Position numbers and translations under genes: made by a program. 64,000 nucleotides of DNA. Origin: a virus. Its lineage: Duplodnaviria > Caudoviricetes. Positions 8,783 through 18,497 of this stretch are shown here, in pieces. Location of the stretch: positions 1,407 through 65,406 of the IMG/VR virus record IMGVR_UViG_3300031994_000097. One strand, 5' to 3'. Each line of letters starts with the position of its first letter. Position 1 is the stretch's first letter. The notes below the pieces were generated by a model that did not search any database, was not told the origin of the DNA, and was given only the letters and a program-made list of their open reading frames with translations.

Positions 8783-9415
8783 ATGAAAAGCACAGATGAT
8801 ATCGTAAAATTAGCAAAAGAGTTATGCGAAAAGGAAATTGCAAGAACTATAACATTATTGAAAGACAATGAGGATAAATGGAATGAATACATGGATTTAA
8901 AGTTACATAATTGTGCCGCAGTCGATAATATAGAGATTGAAAAGAATGGTATCAAAATCACTGTTAATAATGTGTATGAAACATTTTTTAGTACATTTTG
9001 CGATGTACAGTATCAACAGTTTTTAGATGATTGCAGTGAGGAAGGAATAGATTTTAACAAGTTGCGTGATAATGTTGGACGTACTAGCAGTTTTTATTTA
9101 GGTATTTTACACGATGATACAACATATATGGACGTATTACAAGATTTTTCTTGCGCTTTAGGTGAAAGTAGTTTACAGTTTAAATATGTTGCTGATATTG
9201 AAACCTATATGATACGTTTTGAAGATGAGAATAATATAAGTGAAACCGAAGTAGAAGAAATGTTGTTTATCACTAAATGTATATACTCTGAAATAGAGGA
9301 TGCGTTAGCTGATATTATCACTGTATATAATCTCATAGATAACTTTAAGAATAATCAAGTTGAGATATATAAAGACTTTATTGAGTATGAAGTTGCAGAT
9401 AGATTAGCAGTGTGA
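8783..9415 (+). CDS. acidic hypothetical protein (array cassette)
   Basis: GGAGGT RBS before ATG 8783; TTGACA 8713..TATAAT. Confidence 0.85.
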   Translation: MKSTDDIVKLAKELCEKEIARTITLLKDNEDKWNEYMDLKLHNCAAVDNIEIEKNGIKITVNNVYETFFSTFCDVQYQQFLDDCSEEGIDFNKLRDNVGRTSSFYLGILHDDTTYMDVLQDFSCALGESSLQFKYVADIETYMIRFEDENNISETEVEEMLFITKCIYSEIEDALADIITVYNLIDNFKNNQVEIYKDFIEYEVADRLAV

Positions 9416-9554
9416 TACAGATGAGATAGAGATTATTTCTCTATCTCATTTTTTGCATGGTGATATATATTTAATTATATCTTATGGTGTATATTTAAAT
9501 ATATCGTCATCGTATCAGTTTACATCTTGTATCAATAAGTATAAAGTAAAACAT

Positions 9555-9660
9555 ACTCGATTTTATTGTTTATTTGACGTTTTAGGCGTATGAAGTTGAT
9601 TTATAGTACAATTTACCATAAACGAATAAAATGCGCTTAAATCGCCAAAATCACAGATTT
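9555..9660. repeat. ~95-bp imperfect palindromic element (copies ~3020-3110, 12195-12295, 12825-12915, 14325-14420, 36005-36095)
   Basis: Shared arm TTAAAgtcGCTTAAAacGCcAAAAT; often central AATTTACCAT. Confidence 0.65.
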
Positions 9661-9785
9661 TTAATTTTATAATTATTTTTAAAAAAGTTGTTGACATTAA
9701 AATGATTTAGTAGTAATATAATACTTGTAAGGCGGTTACGTCTTACATATCACATTGAAAACTTAATACATAGGAGGATTTAATC

Positions 9786-10124
9786 ATGTTATTTCTTGAA
9801 AACGTTCTAGGCGACCTTCATACAACTGCCAATGTAAAGGTTCTGTTATCATCATATACAGTGTACGGTATTGGAGAAACGGACAATCCTATACGTATGC
9901 AAGATGGTTGTGGTAATCATCGAGTTATGAATTGGCTTGATGCTATGGCAGATGAAAACTTATTCAAACAGTTCCTTGTTGAATCTGTTAAATGTGAGTT
10001 TGAATCATCTTACATGGATAAACCACAATGGACTGTAGTTCTTGCAAACGGCAAGGATGAGCGCACAAGTAGATTAGAATATAGTTCTAACTACAGAGCT
10101 TGTCATGAAGCAGGTTTAATCTGA
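9786..10124 (+). CDS. hypothetical protein (array cassette)
   Basis: TTGACA 9691, AGGAGG RBS. Confidence 0.85.
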   Translation: MLFLENVLGDLHTTANVKVLLSSYTVYGIGETDNPIRMQDGCGNHRVMNWLDAMADENLFKQFLVESVKCEFESSYMDKPQWTVVLANGKDERTSRLEYSSNYRACHEAGLI

Positions 10125-10356
10125 ATGAGATTCGGCGTTAGTGGTAAACGTGGCAACAGAAAACCACTTTTTATTTGAGCAAGAAGGTATATTTAAATAT
10201 ATAGTATAGATATAATTAAATATATATAATCTAAAATAATCTAACTTAATTAAAAAACTTTAAACAATTATTTTAAAAGTTTTTGTTGACATATACTTAT
10301 AACTATGATAATGTATATACAGAGCTACTTATTAACTATCATATGGAGGTTTTATT

Positions 10357-10575
10357 ATGAATACTATTAAAGGTTTTATCGAAGCATTAAAGAAGGATAA
10401 AGGTTATGACTATCTTGCTAACAATTACCAGAACATGAGTAAAGAAGAGCTTGAACGAATCGCACTTGAATTTCTTTATGAGTTAACAAGTGAAATGCAT
10501 GAAGCAGATATTAACAACGCTATTGAAGAGTTAGAAGATTTCTTTAGTTATGAATGGGAGGATGACAATGAGTAA
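10357..10575 (+). CDS. small acidic hypothetical protein
   Basis: GGAGGT RBS, promoter ~10286. Confidence 0.8.
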   Translation: MNTIKGFIEALKKDKGYDYLANNYQNMSKEELERIALEFLYELTSEMHEADINNAIEELEDFFSYEWEDDNE

Positions 10576-10777
10576 ACAATTTGCAGTAGGTGATTATAGT
10601 TGGAAAACTGTTAGTGAAATTATTGATATGGTAAACGCTAATTGCGACATCGCCAATGAAGAGCGCATACCAATGAAGATTATACATGAGGATTTAGGTT
10701 GGTTTATTGAGTGTCTTAATGAATCAGATGAGGACAGATTAGATAAGCACCTAAAATATATTTATGGAATAGAGTAG
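10568..10777 (+). CDS. hypothetical protein
   Basis: GGAGG RBS before ATG 10568; terminator at stop. Confidence 0.75.
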   Translation: MSKQFAVGDYSWKTVSEIIDMVNANCDIANEERIPMKIIHEDLGWFIECLNESDEDRLDKHLKYIYGIE

Positions 10778-10941
10778 GGTAAAACCTACTCTTTATTATT
10801 TAGAGATATAATTAAATATATGTTAGAGATATAATTAAATATATTGTCTTAAAATTATTTTATAAACTTTTAAAAAACATATTGACAATATAATCTAATA
10901 GTATTACAATTGTCTTATCAAAACAAATGGAGGTTATTTAT

Positions 10942-11232
10942 ATGATTAGAGGAATTTTATTAGGCGTTATGATGTTAATTGATACAGCTAATATCAATAC
11001 TTGTGATATTGATAATCTGTATGCTAAATCAATGTTAGTCTATGAGGTAGACAGAGAATATGATATATTATATCTTACTGACTCAAACGGCAACGGATGG
11101 GAATATGTAGGCATTGAGGACTTAGGCGTTGGTGATGTAGTTGATTGCTTAATGTATGACAATCAGACAGATATAATCTATGATGATAAGATTGTTAAAT
11201 TGCAATACAGCGGATTTACAACAGAGGGTTGA
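10942..11232 (+). CDS. hypothetical protein with hydrophobic N-terminus (possibly exported)
   Basis: GGAGGT RBS; MIRGILLGVMMLI; terminator at stop. Confidence 0.75.
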   Translation: MIRGILLGVMMLIDTANINTCDIDNLYAKSMLVYEVDREYDILYLTDSNGNGWEYVGIEDLGVGDVVDCLMYDNQTDIIYDDKIVKLQYSGFTTEG

Positions 11233-11363
11233 ACAAACCCTCTTTTTAGATTATATATTTAAATATATATCCTATAAATATTTTTAAAAAAAGTATTGAC
11301 AAATAAATATAATAGGTGTATTATAATTATATAAGATAAATCAATTCAAGAGAGGTGTTAATT

Positions 11364-11648
11364 ATGAAAGCTGAAAGAGTTGCTAGAATCAAGAGATGTT
11401 TAAAAGAGTATGATATGTCGTTCAATAGTGCTACAGAGCGTCCTTATTATTTTGAAGAGTCGCTAATATTCGATAAAGTTACTAATCGCCGTTATTGGTC
11501 TAGTCCTAAAGGATTCTTTAGTAACATAGCCGACTTAGAAGCATACAGACAAAATGAAACTAAAGTAACTGCTTATCGTGTTTGTATTTGGCATGAAGAG
11601 TGCGGCGAAATAAAGCCACAGCTTATATATGTAAAGGGAGTGGAGTAA
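11364..11648 (+). CDS. hypothetical protein (array cassette)
   Basis: GAGGTG RBS; promoter ~11296; terminator 11634-11664. Confidence 0.8.
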   Translation: MKAERVARIKRCLKEYDMSFNSATERPYYFEESLIFDKVTNRRYWSSPKGFFSNIADLEAYRQNETKVTAYRVCIWHEECGEIKPQLIYVKGVE

Positions 11649-11944
11649 TCCACTTCCTTTTTTTATTTGATGAACTATATATTTAAATATATCGCTTTAT
11701 CACGTTAAAGTTTTGAAAACTATTTTATTTTTTCTATTTGACATTCTCGTTTAAAATTGGCTTATAAAGGACTTGAATATTTTGGGGCAATATGATATAT
11801 ATAATATATAGCTGATGATTAAAATAGTACTTGACTTTTATAGTTAGTTATTATAATATAATCATATAGTTAGTTATTTAGTTGTTTAAGAACTAAATGA
11901 AAAATCATAGTTGACAACATAAACAAACTATGATAATATAATTA

Positions 11945-12165
11945 TAGAACATTGTTAACGATATACTTGAATGAGGTTATACAATCCATCCCTTTCTGAT
12001 AATGTGATAAACCTCTTTTGAATAAATATTGAATCCTTATGTAATCTCATTCAAGTATTTATACTTATATTTGTAGAGGGCGTGACAACAACTTGCGACA
12101 CCCTTCACCTCCTATGAAATAGAAATAGAGCGTATCGACTTTGATTCGGTACGCTTTATTTCTTT
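11945..12165 (+). ncRNA. candidate sRNA carrying anti-Shine-Dalgarno sequence
   Basis: TTGACA 11911 promoter, no plus-strand ORF, 13-bp stem 11963-11975/12046-12058, TCACCTCCT 12105-12113, terminator 12121-12163. Confidence 0.5.
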
Positions 12166-12299
12166 ATATGATTCTATATTTAAATCTATATATTTATTTC
12201 GTTTTTAGGCAGCAGGCGTGTTATTTTAATTTAGATAATAAAATCCCTTAGTGAATAATTAAAACCGTCTTAAAGGTCAAAATTCAAAGAAATATAAAT

Positions 12300-12495
12300 A
12301 CATTTAGAATCAGATTCTAAAATCTAAAATCAAAATTGATTTTTGATTCTAATTATAATTTTAAATTTTAAAATTAGATTTTAAAATTAGATTTAAATAT
12401 ATGTTTTATAATTTAGATTTTAAAATTAAAATTAGATTTTAAAATTAGAATTAAAATCTAAAATCAGAATCTAAAATTAAAATCTAAAATTATTT
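12300..12495. repeat. second degenerate hexamer-type array (AAAATC/AAAATT/AGAATC units)
   Basis: ctaaaatctaaaatcaaaatt...aaaatctaaaatcagaatctaaaattaaaatctaaaatt. Confidence 0.75.
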
Positions 12496-12590
12496 TTTAA
12501 AACCTATTGACATAAAATAAAAACCATGCTATCATGTAATCAGTTCAAAAGAAATACCACAAACAACAAACATTTAGGAGGATTAGAAAA

Positions 12591-12773
12591 ATGAGAACAT
12601 GGGTTAATGGAGAATTCAGCAAGGCAGATGCAAGTGCAGTAAAGATGTATCTTAAAACCAAGGGTATCAAATACGAGCCTAGCCAAGTCGGTGACATGAT
12701 TCATATTGAGGCTTATATGACCGCTAACGAGCTGACAGAGTTTAATGATTGGATTGATGATACACTTGAATAA
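12591..12773 (+). CDS. hypothetical protein (array cassette)
   Basis: TTGACA ~12507, AGGAGG RBS, terminator ~12783-12820. Confidence 0.8.
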   Translation: MRTWVNGEFSKADASAVKMYLKTKGIKYEPSQVGDMIHIEAYMTANELTEFNDWIDDTLE

Positions 12774-13213
12774 ACATAAGATAATAGGATGAGGTCAAAC
12801 GGCTTTATCCTATTATTTTTTTATTGTATTTATTAGCCGATTCTAGCCATCTAAAATCTAAAATGGTAAAGTTGACCGACTGAATGATTAAAGTGTCTTA
12901 AAAGCCAAAAATAAAGGAAATAAAGCTATATTATAATAACTATATAATAATAACTATAATATATAAATATATATAATTAACTAACTATTTAAATATATAT
13001 TATATATATACTAAGGCATCAGCTGTACACTATATCGTCCATATGCCCCCAAATTTACGAGCGCGCTTTTACAGAAATCTCAGAATCGGAAAAAATATAT
13101 TTAAATATATCCGAACATTTATTCGGACTTTACTGCGGTAAAGTGGCATAATTTTACAGCGTTATCACGTTAATACTTTATCATAATAAAGAGATAGATT
13201 TAAATATATCATC

Positions 13214-13225
13214 GAACAATTGTTC
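13214..13225. promoter_or_regulatory. LexA/SOS-box-like site (weaker copy at 13113-13124)
   Basis: Perfect GAAC-AATT-GTTC preceded by C. Confidence 0.5.
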
Positions 13226-13599
13226 TTGACTTTACCGCTTTATCATAATAAAGCGATTGTCTTACAATTTAATAAGTTTATTTAATTGTGTAAACAATTC
13301 TATACAACTTTCGATTTTTTCTGGATCAGACTTAAATTGTGTACACAATATTTTTTATTATCTGAAAATATGAATAAATTGTTAACATTTATAAAAATCA
13401 CTTGACAAAAATAATTTTATGTATTCTTTAGTACGTTAAAGTAACATAGTAAAAAATGATTTTTTCACATTATATAGAAAGAAAAATTTTTTTTGATTTT
13501 TTGAAAAAAAGTATTGCAATATATTAAAATATATGTATAATAATACTCGTAAGGCAATTCAATATTTCAATAGCGCAAGGCGCAGAAAGTAGGTATAAT

Positions 13600-14151
13600 A
13601 TGAAGAGTGCAACAATTTACAACCCAACACACAAGATTGCAAAGGTTTACGATGGTAACGCAACTAGCAATTTAACAAGTTACGACGGCTTATCAATGGT
13701 CAAATGTGATAAAGTCAATCATGGGAGTTATAAGATTTATATCAATGACGAAAAAACAATTTATAACAATCTGCTTCACATTTATGCTAAAGATAAAAAA
13801 GAATTGATTGAAGTCAACGCGACTTTTAATTATAGCAAGTTGACGGAGTCAGAAAAAATATGGTGTCTGGCATATATCGAACAAAACAATATGATATGTA
13901 GTAAACAATTAAATAACTTAGTCGTATCAATGTATATCGACAAAAACGATATACCGAACAATTTTAGTTATTTGAGCCAATTATTTAAAACCCTCTGCCA
14001 CAATGTAGATACGAAATATAGTTTAATTGACTATGATAATAAAGGCAAAAAAACAATTGAGTCTTTAAATGATTATCACGATATAGTGAAAAGTTTACAA
14101 GCGAGATATCGTCAATCGGTAACAAGCAATATATATCTAACTAAAATCTAA
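13600..14151 (+). CDS. hypothetical protein (last plus-strand cassette)
   Basis: TTGCAA..TATAAT promoter; terminator 14162-14198. Confidence 0.8.
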   Translation: MKSATIYNPTHKIAKVYDGNATSNLTSYDGLSMVKCDKVNHGSYKIYINDEKTIYNNLLHIYAKDKKELIEVNATFNYSKLTESEKIWCLAYIEQNNMICSKQLNNLVVSMYIDKNDIPNNFSYLSQLFKTLCHNVDTKYSLIDYDNKGKKTIESLNDYHDIVKSLQARYRQSVTSNIYLTKI

Positions 14152-14683
14152 AATATGATTTAAAAATAGAGTGCTGGATAATAGCACTCTATTTTTTTAT
14201 TATCTATATAATTGTATGCAATATAATAGCACTATAAACGTATTACATACAATATAATTGTACTATTAAAGTAATACAATGACGCTTGTATGACACTAAC
14301 TAACTAAAGACTAAATATAGTCTTTTTTCGCTTATTTTTACCCATAGAATAAATTAAAATATATTTATTGTGTATTTTATCATGGATAAATTAAAGTCGC
14401 TTAAAACGCAAAAATGAGGAAACGATATTAGATAAAATAGTTTCCATATTGATAAACGATAAAACGATAAAAATTTTTATGATTTTATGTAAAGACTTGA
14501 AAGGCGCATAAACAGTGGGATTGCTTAGAGTGGGAGGCTTGAGATGCAGAGCTGGTGCCCCTCCCACCACTTTTCAAATTTACGTTTAAAAATATTTTAA
14601 ATAACGAGGTGTAGCTGATACAGGGATAGCTCCCAAAGCCAATTTCACCCATATAACAAAATAAGAGAGTCTTTCAACTCTCT

Positions 14684-14881
14684 TTATTCGTACACTATTC
14701 TTCTAATCTCATTTCCACAGAACGGACAATAATTCATATCCTCAATCATTTCCTTATCATAATCATACGTATCAAATTTACGACCACACTCCTTGCAATG
14801 AATTTCTGTAGTTACTTCTACTTCATCAGTTCCATCCATTGTTTCTTCCCACATAGTCTTAATAACAATATCGGTTTCCAT
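14684..14881 (-). CDS. zinc-ribbon protein
   Basis: CKECG...CPFCG; AAGGAG RBS. Confidence 0.75.
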   Translation of the reverse strand: METDIVIKTMWEETMDGTDEVEVTTEIHCKECGRKFDTYDYDKEMIEDMNYCPFCGNEIRRIVYE

Positions 14882-14882
14882 T

Positions 14883-15074
14883 TCAACTCTCCTTCTCATA
14901 ATCTCTAATAACTTTTATTGCTGTTCTTATAGCTTCAATTGTCGCTTTATTAACAGTTATCTCAGATACACTTCCGAATTGCCATACCAAACCATCATAA
15001 TCATTAACCACATTTTTTAATATGGCTTCGGCTTTTTGTACATCTTCATAAGTATAGGGTTCATCTTCAAACAT
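14883..15074 (-). CDS. hypothetical protein
   Basis: GGAGGT RBS. Confidence 0.7.
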   Translation of the reverse strand: MFEDEPYTYEDVQKAEAILKNVVNDYDGLVWQFGSVSEITVNKATIEAIRTAIKVIRDYEKES

Positions 15075-15077
15075 CTA

Positions 15078-15251
15078 TTAACCTCCATAGCCCCAAGAAT
15101 CAGCATCAATCTTATCTTTTAATTCCTCCAAGTATTTAGTTCTATCAACTCCACTCCACTCATTATCACCAAACAACTCATAATTTAATTCAGCACTTCT
15201 CTCAGTGTCACCTGTTAACGCTTTATACAATCGTCTATCAAAATCACTCAT
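15078..15251 (-). CDS. hypothetical protein
   Basis: AAGGAG RBS before ATG 15251. Confidence 0.65.
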   Translation of the reverse strand: MSDFDRRLYKALTGDTERSAELNYELFGDNEWSGVDRTKYLEELKDKIDADSWGYGG

Positions 15252-15264
15252 TTTATCTCTCCTT

Positions 15265-15666
15265 TTAATCCTCATGCGGAACAATCCACTCAATACACTC
15301 AATAGGCAATATATACTGAAATTCATAATTTTTTGTATAATAAAGCCTCTTTGCACTTGTATCGCCTTGAATTACATCTTTTAATATTCCTCTACGACCA
15401 CAATCAAGTTTATATCCAACATCGATTGTTTTATTAGGTTCGACTATCTGTGGAATATCTACGTCTGATTCAAACATACTATCTACCCACGTCCAATAAC
15501 CATCATCAATATCAAGAGTATAACAATCATCATAAGCACGTCTAATAGTAGTAACTTTCCCTGCATATTTCATCATCTCTGATACAACTGTGGCTTTATA
15601 TAGTTCTCTATCTCCTTCTTTTAAATCTGCTCTAATTCTTACCTCATCTCCTGCTTTATATCTCAT
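15265..15666 (-). CDS. hypothetical protein (SH3-like YKAGDEVRIR N-terminus)
   Basis: GGAGG RBS; common phage pattern. Confidence 0.75.
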   Translation of the reverse strand: MRYKAGDEVRIRADLKEGDRELYKATVVSEMMKYAGKVTTIRRAYDDCYTLDIDDGYWTWVDSMFESDVDIPQIVEPNKTIDVGYKLDCGRRGILKDVIQGDTSAKRLYYTKNYEFQYILPIECIEWIVPHED

Positions 15667-15743
15667 AACCCTATTTCCTCCGCATTAAATAATTCTTAGT
15701 TTCGTCAGATAATTTATCCAATATTTCTGACAATTCTTTATCA

Positions 15744-15959
15744 TTATATTTCTTCATTCGTCAATGCCTCCATCTTACCAATCTTTACAATTCTCTTCAA
15801 CGTTTCTTTATCTCTGAATTTTGCCGTAGCTCCAAATCTATACATATCAGATTTAATTACCACGCCCTCAAAGTTCCCACCATCATATCCGATAGTAACA
15901 AATATCTCATCATCATATTCATCTCTTACAATATCACCGAATTCATATTTCATATTCAA
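15744..15959 (-). CDS. hypothetical protein
   Basis: GAGG RBS, ORF track. Confidence 0.65.
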   Translation of the reverse strand: MNMKYEFGDIVRDEYDDEIFVTIGYDGGNFEGVVIKSDMYRFGATAKFRDKETLKRIVKIGKMEALTNEEI

Positions 15960-16127
15960 TTCCTCACTTCATCATAAACAATATTTGCCGCAACTCCAAG
16001 ATACAAAACGCCCACTGTTGTAAATATGTCCTTACCTAACAGAACAAATCCACAGCATACAAATACTATAGCTAGAACGAATCTAATAATAGTTTTATAT
16101 ATCTCCCTCATAACAAAATTTTCCTTT

Positions 16128-16394
16128 CTACACAATTACTTTACCTATAACATCATAATAATAATCACCACCAAGTAATGTTAAACTATTACCTACCCAC
16201 TCTTTATCAAATACATCACCATTGCGACTAATATGAGTACCCTTAGTTCTAACCCAACTTCCATCTATCTCATAACTATCAAATACTACGTAGATATAAT
16301 TACCATAGTCGCCGTATTCGGTTAAAAATATATCTCCTTTCTTCATGTTTTCTAATTTAACTGTTTTACTCTCGTCAAATAATTCAACTAACAT
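16128..16394 (-). CDS. hypothetical protein
   Basis: AAAGGA RBS; promoter at ~16435-16462. Confidence 0.7.
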   Translation of the reverse strand: MLVELFDESKTVKLENMKKGDIFLTEYGDYGNYIYVVFDSYEIDGSWVRTKGTHISRNGDVFDKEWVGNSLTLLGGDYYYDVIGKVIV

Positions 16395-16469
16395 ATTGTC
16401 GTTTCCTTTCAATAAAAAATAGCTTATATAAATATAATATAAGCTATTTTCTCATTTGTCAATATTTAT

Positions 16470-17138
16470 TTAACAATTAATACCATCAATTTTCATACCG
16501 AAATATTTTACTAAATCCTCGGGAGTGATATTATGCTCGTTGCAATATTTAGCCAACTCATCATCCTTATCGTCATACTCCCAAACTGTATTTTTACCTA
16601 CCCAATTATCGAGTGCTACAATCTTAGCTGTGTATATCTTTACAATTCTCTCACCGTTTGGCTCACCATTTGAACCGAGAAGATTTAACTCATCGTCAAG
16701 GTCGCCATCAATGTTAATATAGCCGTAATCTCCGACCAAAGTATTATCATCAATGGCTAAATAATGCTCTCCGTCATCAACTACAACACAAGCCGCATAA
16801 CCTAACTTACACTCATTGATTGCGTTAAGCAAAATCTTTTTAGGTGTAAAAAAATCACTAATTATTTGTTTACGTATAATCTTATAACCCCAACAATCCT
16901 TTGTCATACCATCATATACATCATTATCATCGAAACTACGATTATATTTATCATTGTAACTATTTTTACGAATATACAAATAACATGGATATCTAAAGTT
17001 GAAAGTATTATCATCATCATATGTAATATCGAATCCATGTAGTAAAAATAGATGCTCGTCAGCATTTTTAACTTTAACAATCAAACATACTCCACTATTT
17101 TTCATAATTTCTTTTACTTTTGCAAAATCAAATTTCAT
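16470..17138 (-). CDS. hypothetical protein
   Basis: ATG 17138 overlapping thyX end, AAAGGA RBS. Confidence 0.75.
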   Translation of the reverse strand: MKFDFAKVKEIMKNSGVCLIVKVKNADEHLFLLHGFDITYDDDNTFNFRYPCYLYIRKNSYNDKYNRSFDDNDVYDGMTKDCWGYKIIRKQIISDFFTPKKILLNAINECKLGYAACVVVDDGEHYLAIDDNTLVGDYGYINIDGDLDDELNLLGSNGEPNGERIVKIYTAKIVALDNWVGKNTVWEYDDKDDELAKYCNEHNITPEDLVKYFGMKIDGINC

Positions 17139-17802
17139 CTTTCTTTTCCTTTCTTCCACAAGATTTCTGCTCAGTGCAATAACCAAACAGTTCGCACTTT
17201 GGCTGAAATACATTCATCTTTACTATATTATGCCACTCCCAAGAGTATTCGTCAAGAGCTTTTATCAACTCATTCATAAATTTTCTATACTCCCAATATG
17301 CTCTAGTACACATTCTCTGATGCGACATATCAATCAAGTGTCTTAGATTAGTACGCAATACCATTGTGCTTTCCATACCTAAAGGATAAAGATTGGCAAC
17401 ATCTTCTTTTGCAATTCCCATTTCTTCCAATCTAGTTGCACACAATCTAATTTCTTCCATTATTTCGTCATACAATGTCTTAGCCTCGATATTAGAATCG
17501 ATACTAGGCGGTGTGATATATTTAAAGTCGTTATAATCAATATAACGTGTGGATGCTTGAACCCTAGTAGGCGCTCCTGCAATATGAGTATATAATTCCC
17601 TCATCATTCGTGCTGAATATCCACTAATCGTCATATAAACTTGTGGAAATTCTAATACACGACCATGATTAGTTTCTATACAGTGAATCCCTCTCTTATA
17701 ATTCTTTTCTTCAATTCCAACATTAGAGTTATAGCAAACTCCTGCTTCATATCCCATTAATGTAATTGGTTTAATCGTTGTCTGTGGCTGTATCTCTATC
17801 AT
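17128..17802 (-). CDS. thyX: FAD-dependent thymidylate synthase
   Basis: HGRVLEF, SARMMRELYTH...QASTRY, NLRHL..M..QR...RAYWEYR motifs. Confidence 0.9.
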   Translation of the reverse strand: MIEIQPQTTIKPITLMGYEAGVCYNSNVGIEEKNYKRGIHCIETNHGRVLEFPQVYMTISGYSARMMRELYTHIAGAPTRVQASTRYIDYNDFKYITPPSIDSNIEAKTLYDEIMEEIRLCATRLEEMGIAKEDVANLYPLGMESTMVLRTNLRHLIDMSHQRMCTRAYWEYRKFMNELIKALDEYSWEWHNIVKMNVFQPKCELFGYCTEQKSCGRKEKKDEI

Positions 17803-18157
17803 TATTATCTACTTCCTCTGTTACTATATCAAATTTTAATTTCTTAAATGCTTTTTGAGCTAACTTCCTGTCCGTATAAATATTATCTCGGTCTTTATAA
17901 AAGAGCGTGTAGCAAATGGATTTAGGCAAATAAGCCGTAATTACTCTAGGATAGACTGACTGAATCGTTAAAACCTTTAATTCCTTTTCTATCCTATCGG
18001 CATACGGATTATTTACCACATGAACCCAATATATAATATCGCCCTTTTTATATCCTAGATTTCTAAAATCGAAACTCGGATTTTCAAGATTGTGACTCTT
18101 AGCTCGTTCTAAGTCTAATTGACAAATCTCTTCATGCGTTAGTATCATCAGTTCCAA
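17771..18157 (-). CDS. hypothetical protein, paralog of C-terminus of 31061-31675
   Basis: Shared FD.RN..KG..IY...SVYPR pattern. Confidence 0.7.
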   Translation of the reverse strand: MELMILTHEEICQLDLERAKSHNLENPSFDFRNLGYKKGDIIYWVHVVNNPYADRIEKELKVLTIQSVYPRVITAYLPKSICYTLFYKDRDNIYTDRKLAQKAFKKLKFDIVTEEVDNNDRDTATDND

Positions 18158-18497
18158 TCCTCTTTAAAAGATAATCATTAACCTTAGTAAGATTATCACC
18201 TAAAGGCTGTGAGAATATAGACGCAATATCCGCAGTTCCGAATAAGTCAAATCGTTCTCTTTCTGTAAGGGTTTTAAGTACAATCTGACTATAGATTTCA
18301 AATGTGTCCATAGCCTCTTTATAACCCTCTTCTCTGCCACTATTATTGCTACTACTATTACTAACGGTTTTTAACTGTTTTAGTCCATTTTCGTTAAATA
18401 CGAGAGTATCGAATCCTTTAGCTCTATATACTTTATGACCGTTATTGAGCTTAATGATATCTGCATCATCGATTTCAATAATATACTGTCGTGTCAT
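18132..18497 (-). CDS. hypothetical protein
   Basis: AAGGAG RBS; YRAKGFDTLVFNENGL. Confidence 0.75.
   Translation of the reverse strand: MTRQYIIEIDDADIIKLNNGHKVYRAKGFDTLVFNENGLKQLKTVSNSSSNNSGREEGYKEAMDTFEIYSQIVLKTLTERERFDLFGTADIASIFSQPLGDNLTKVNDYLLKRIGTDDTNA

Larger units (their letters stand above)
3715..13210. repeat. dispersed 16-bp palindrome ATATATTTAAATATAT (>20 exact/near copies) between transcription units
   Basis: e.g. 3715, 3750, 4278, 4303, 5001, 5026, 5409, 5739, 6426, 7038, 7480, 8204, ~8668, ~9489, 10188, 10806, 11254, ~11677, 13095, 13194. Confidence 0.9.

Noticed and set aside
3715-11700. CRISPR array from the recurring palindrome
   Set aside because: Intervening sequences are 300-800-bp promoter+ORF units, not 25-45-bp spacers; no cas genes in window
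3800-14200. Classical integron
   Set aside because: No IntI in window, no GTTRRRY attC cores recognised, and cassettes carry their own promoters; kept only as an analogy
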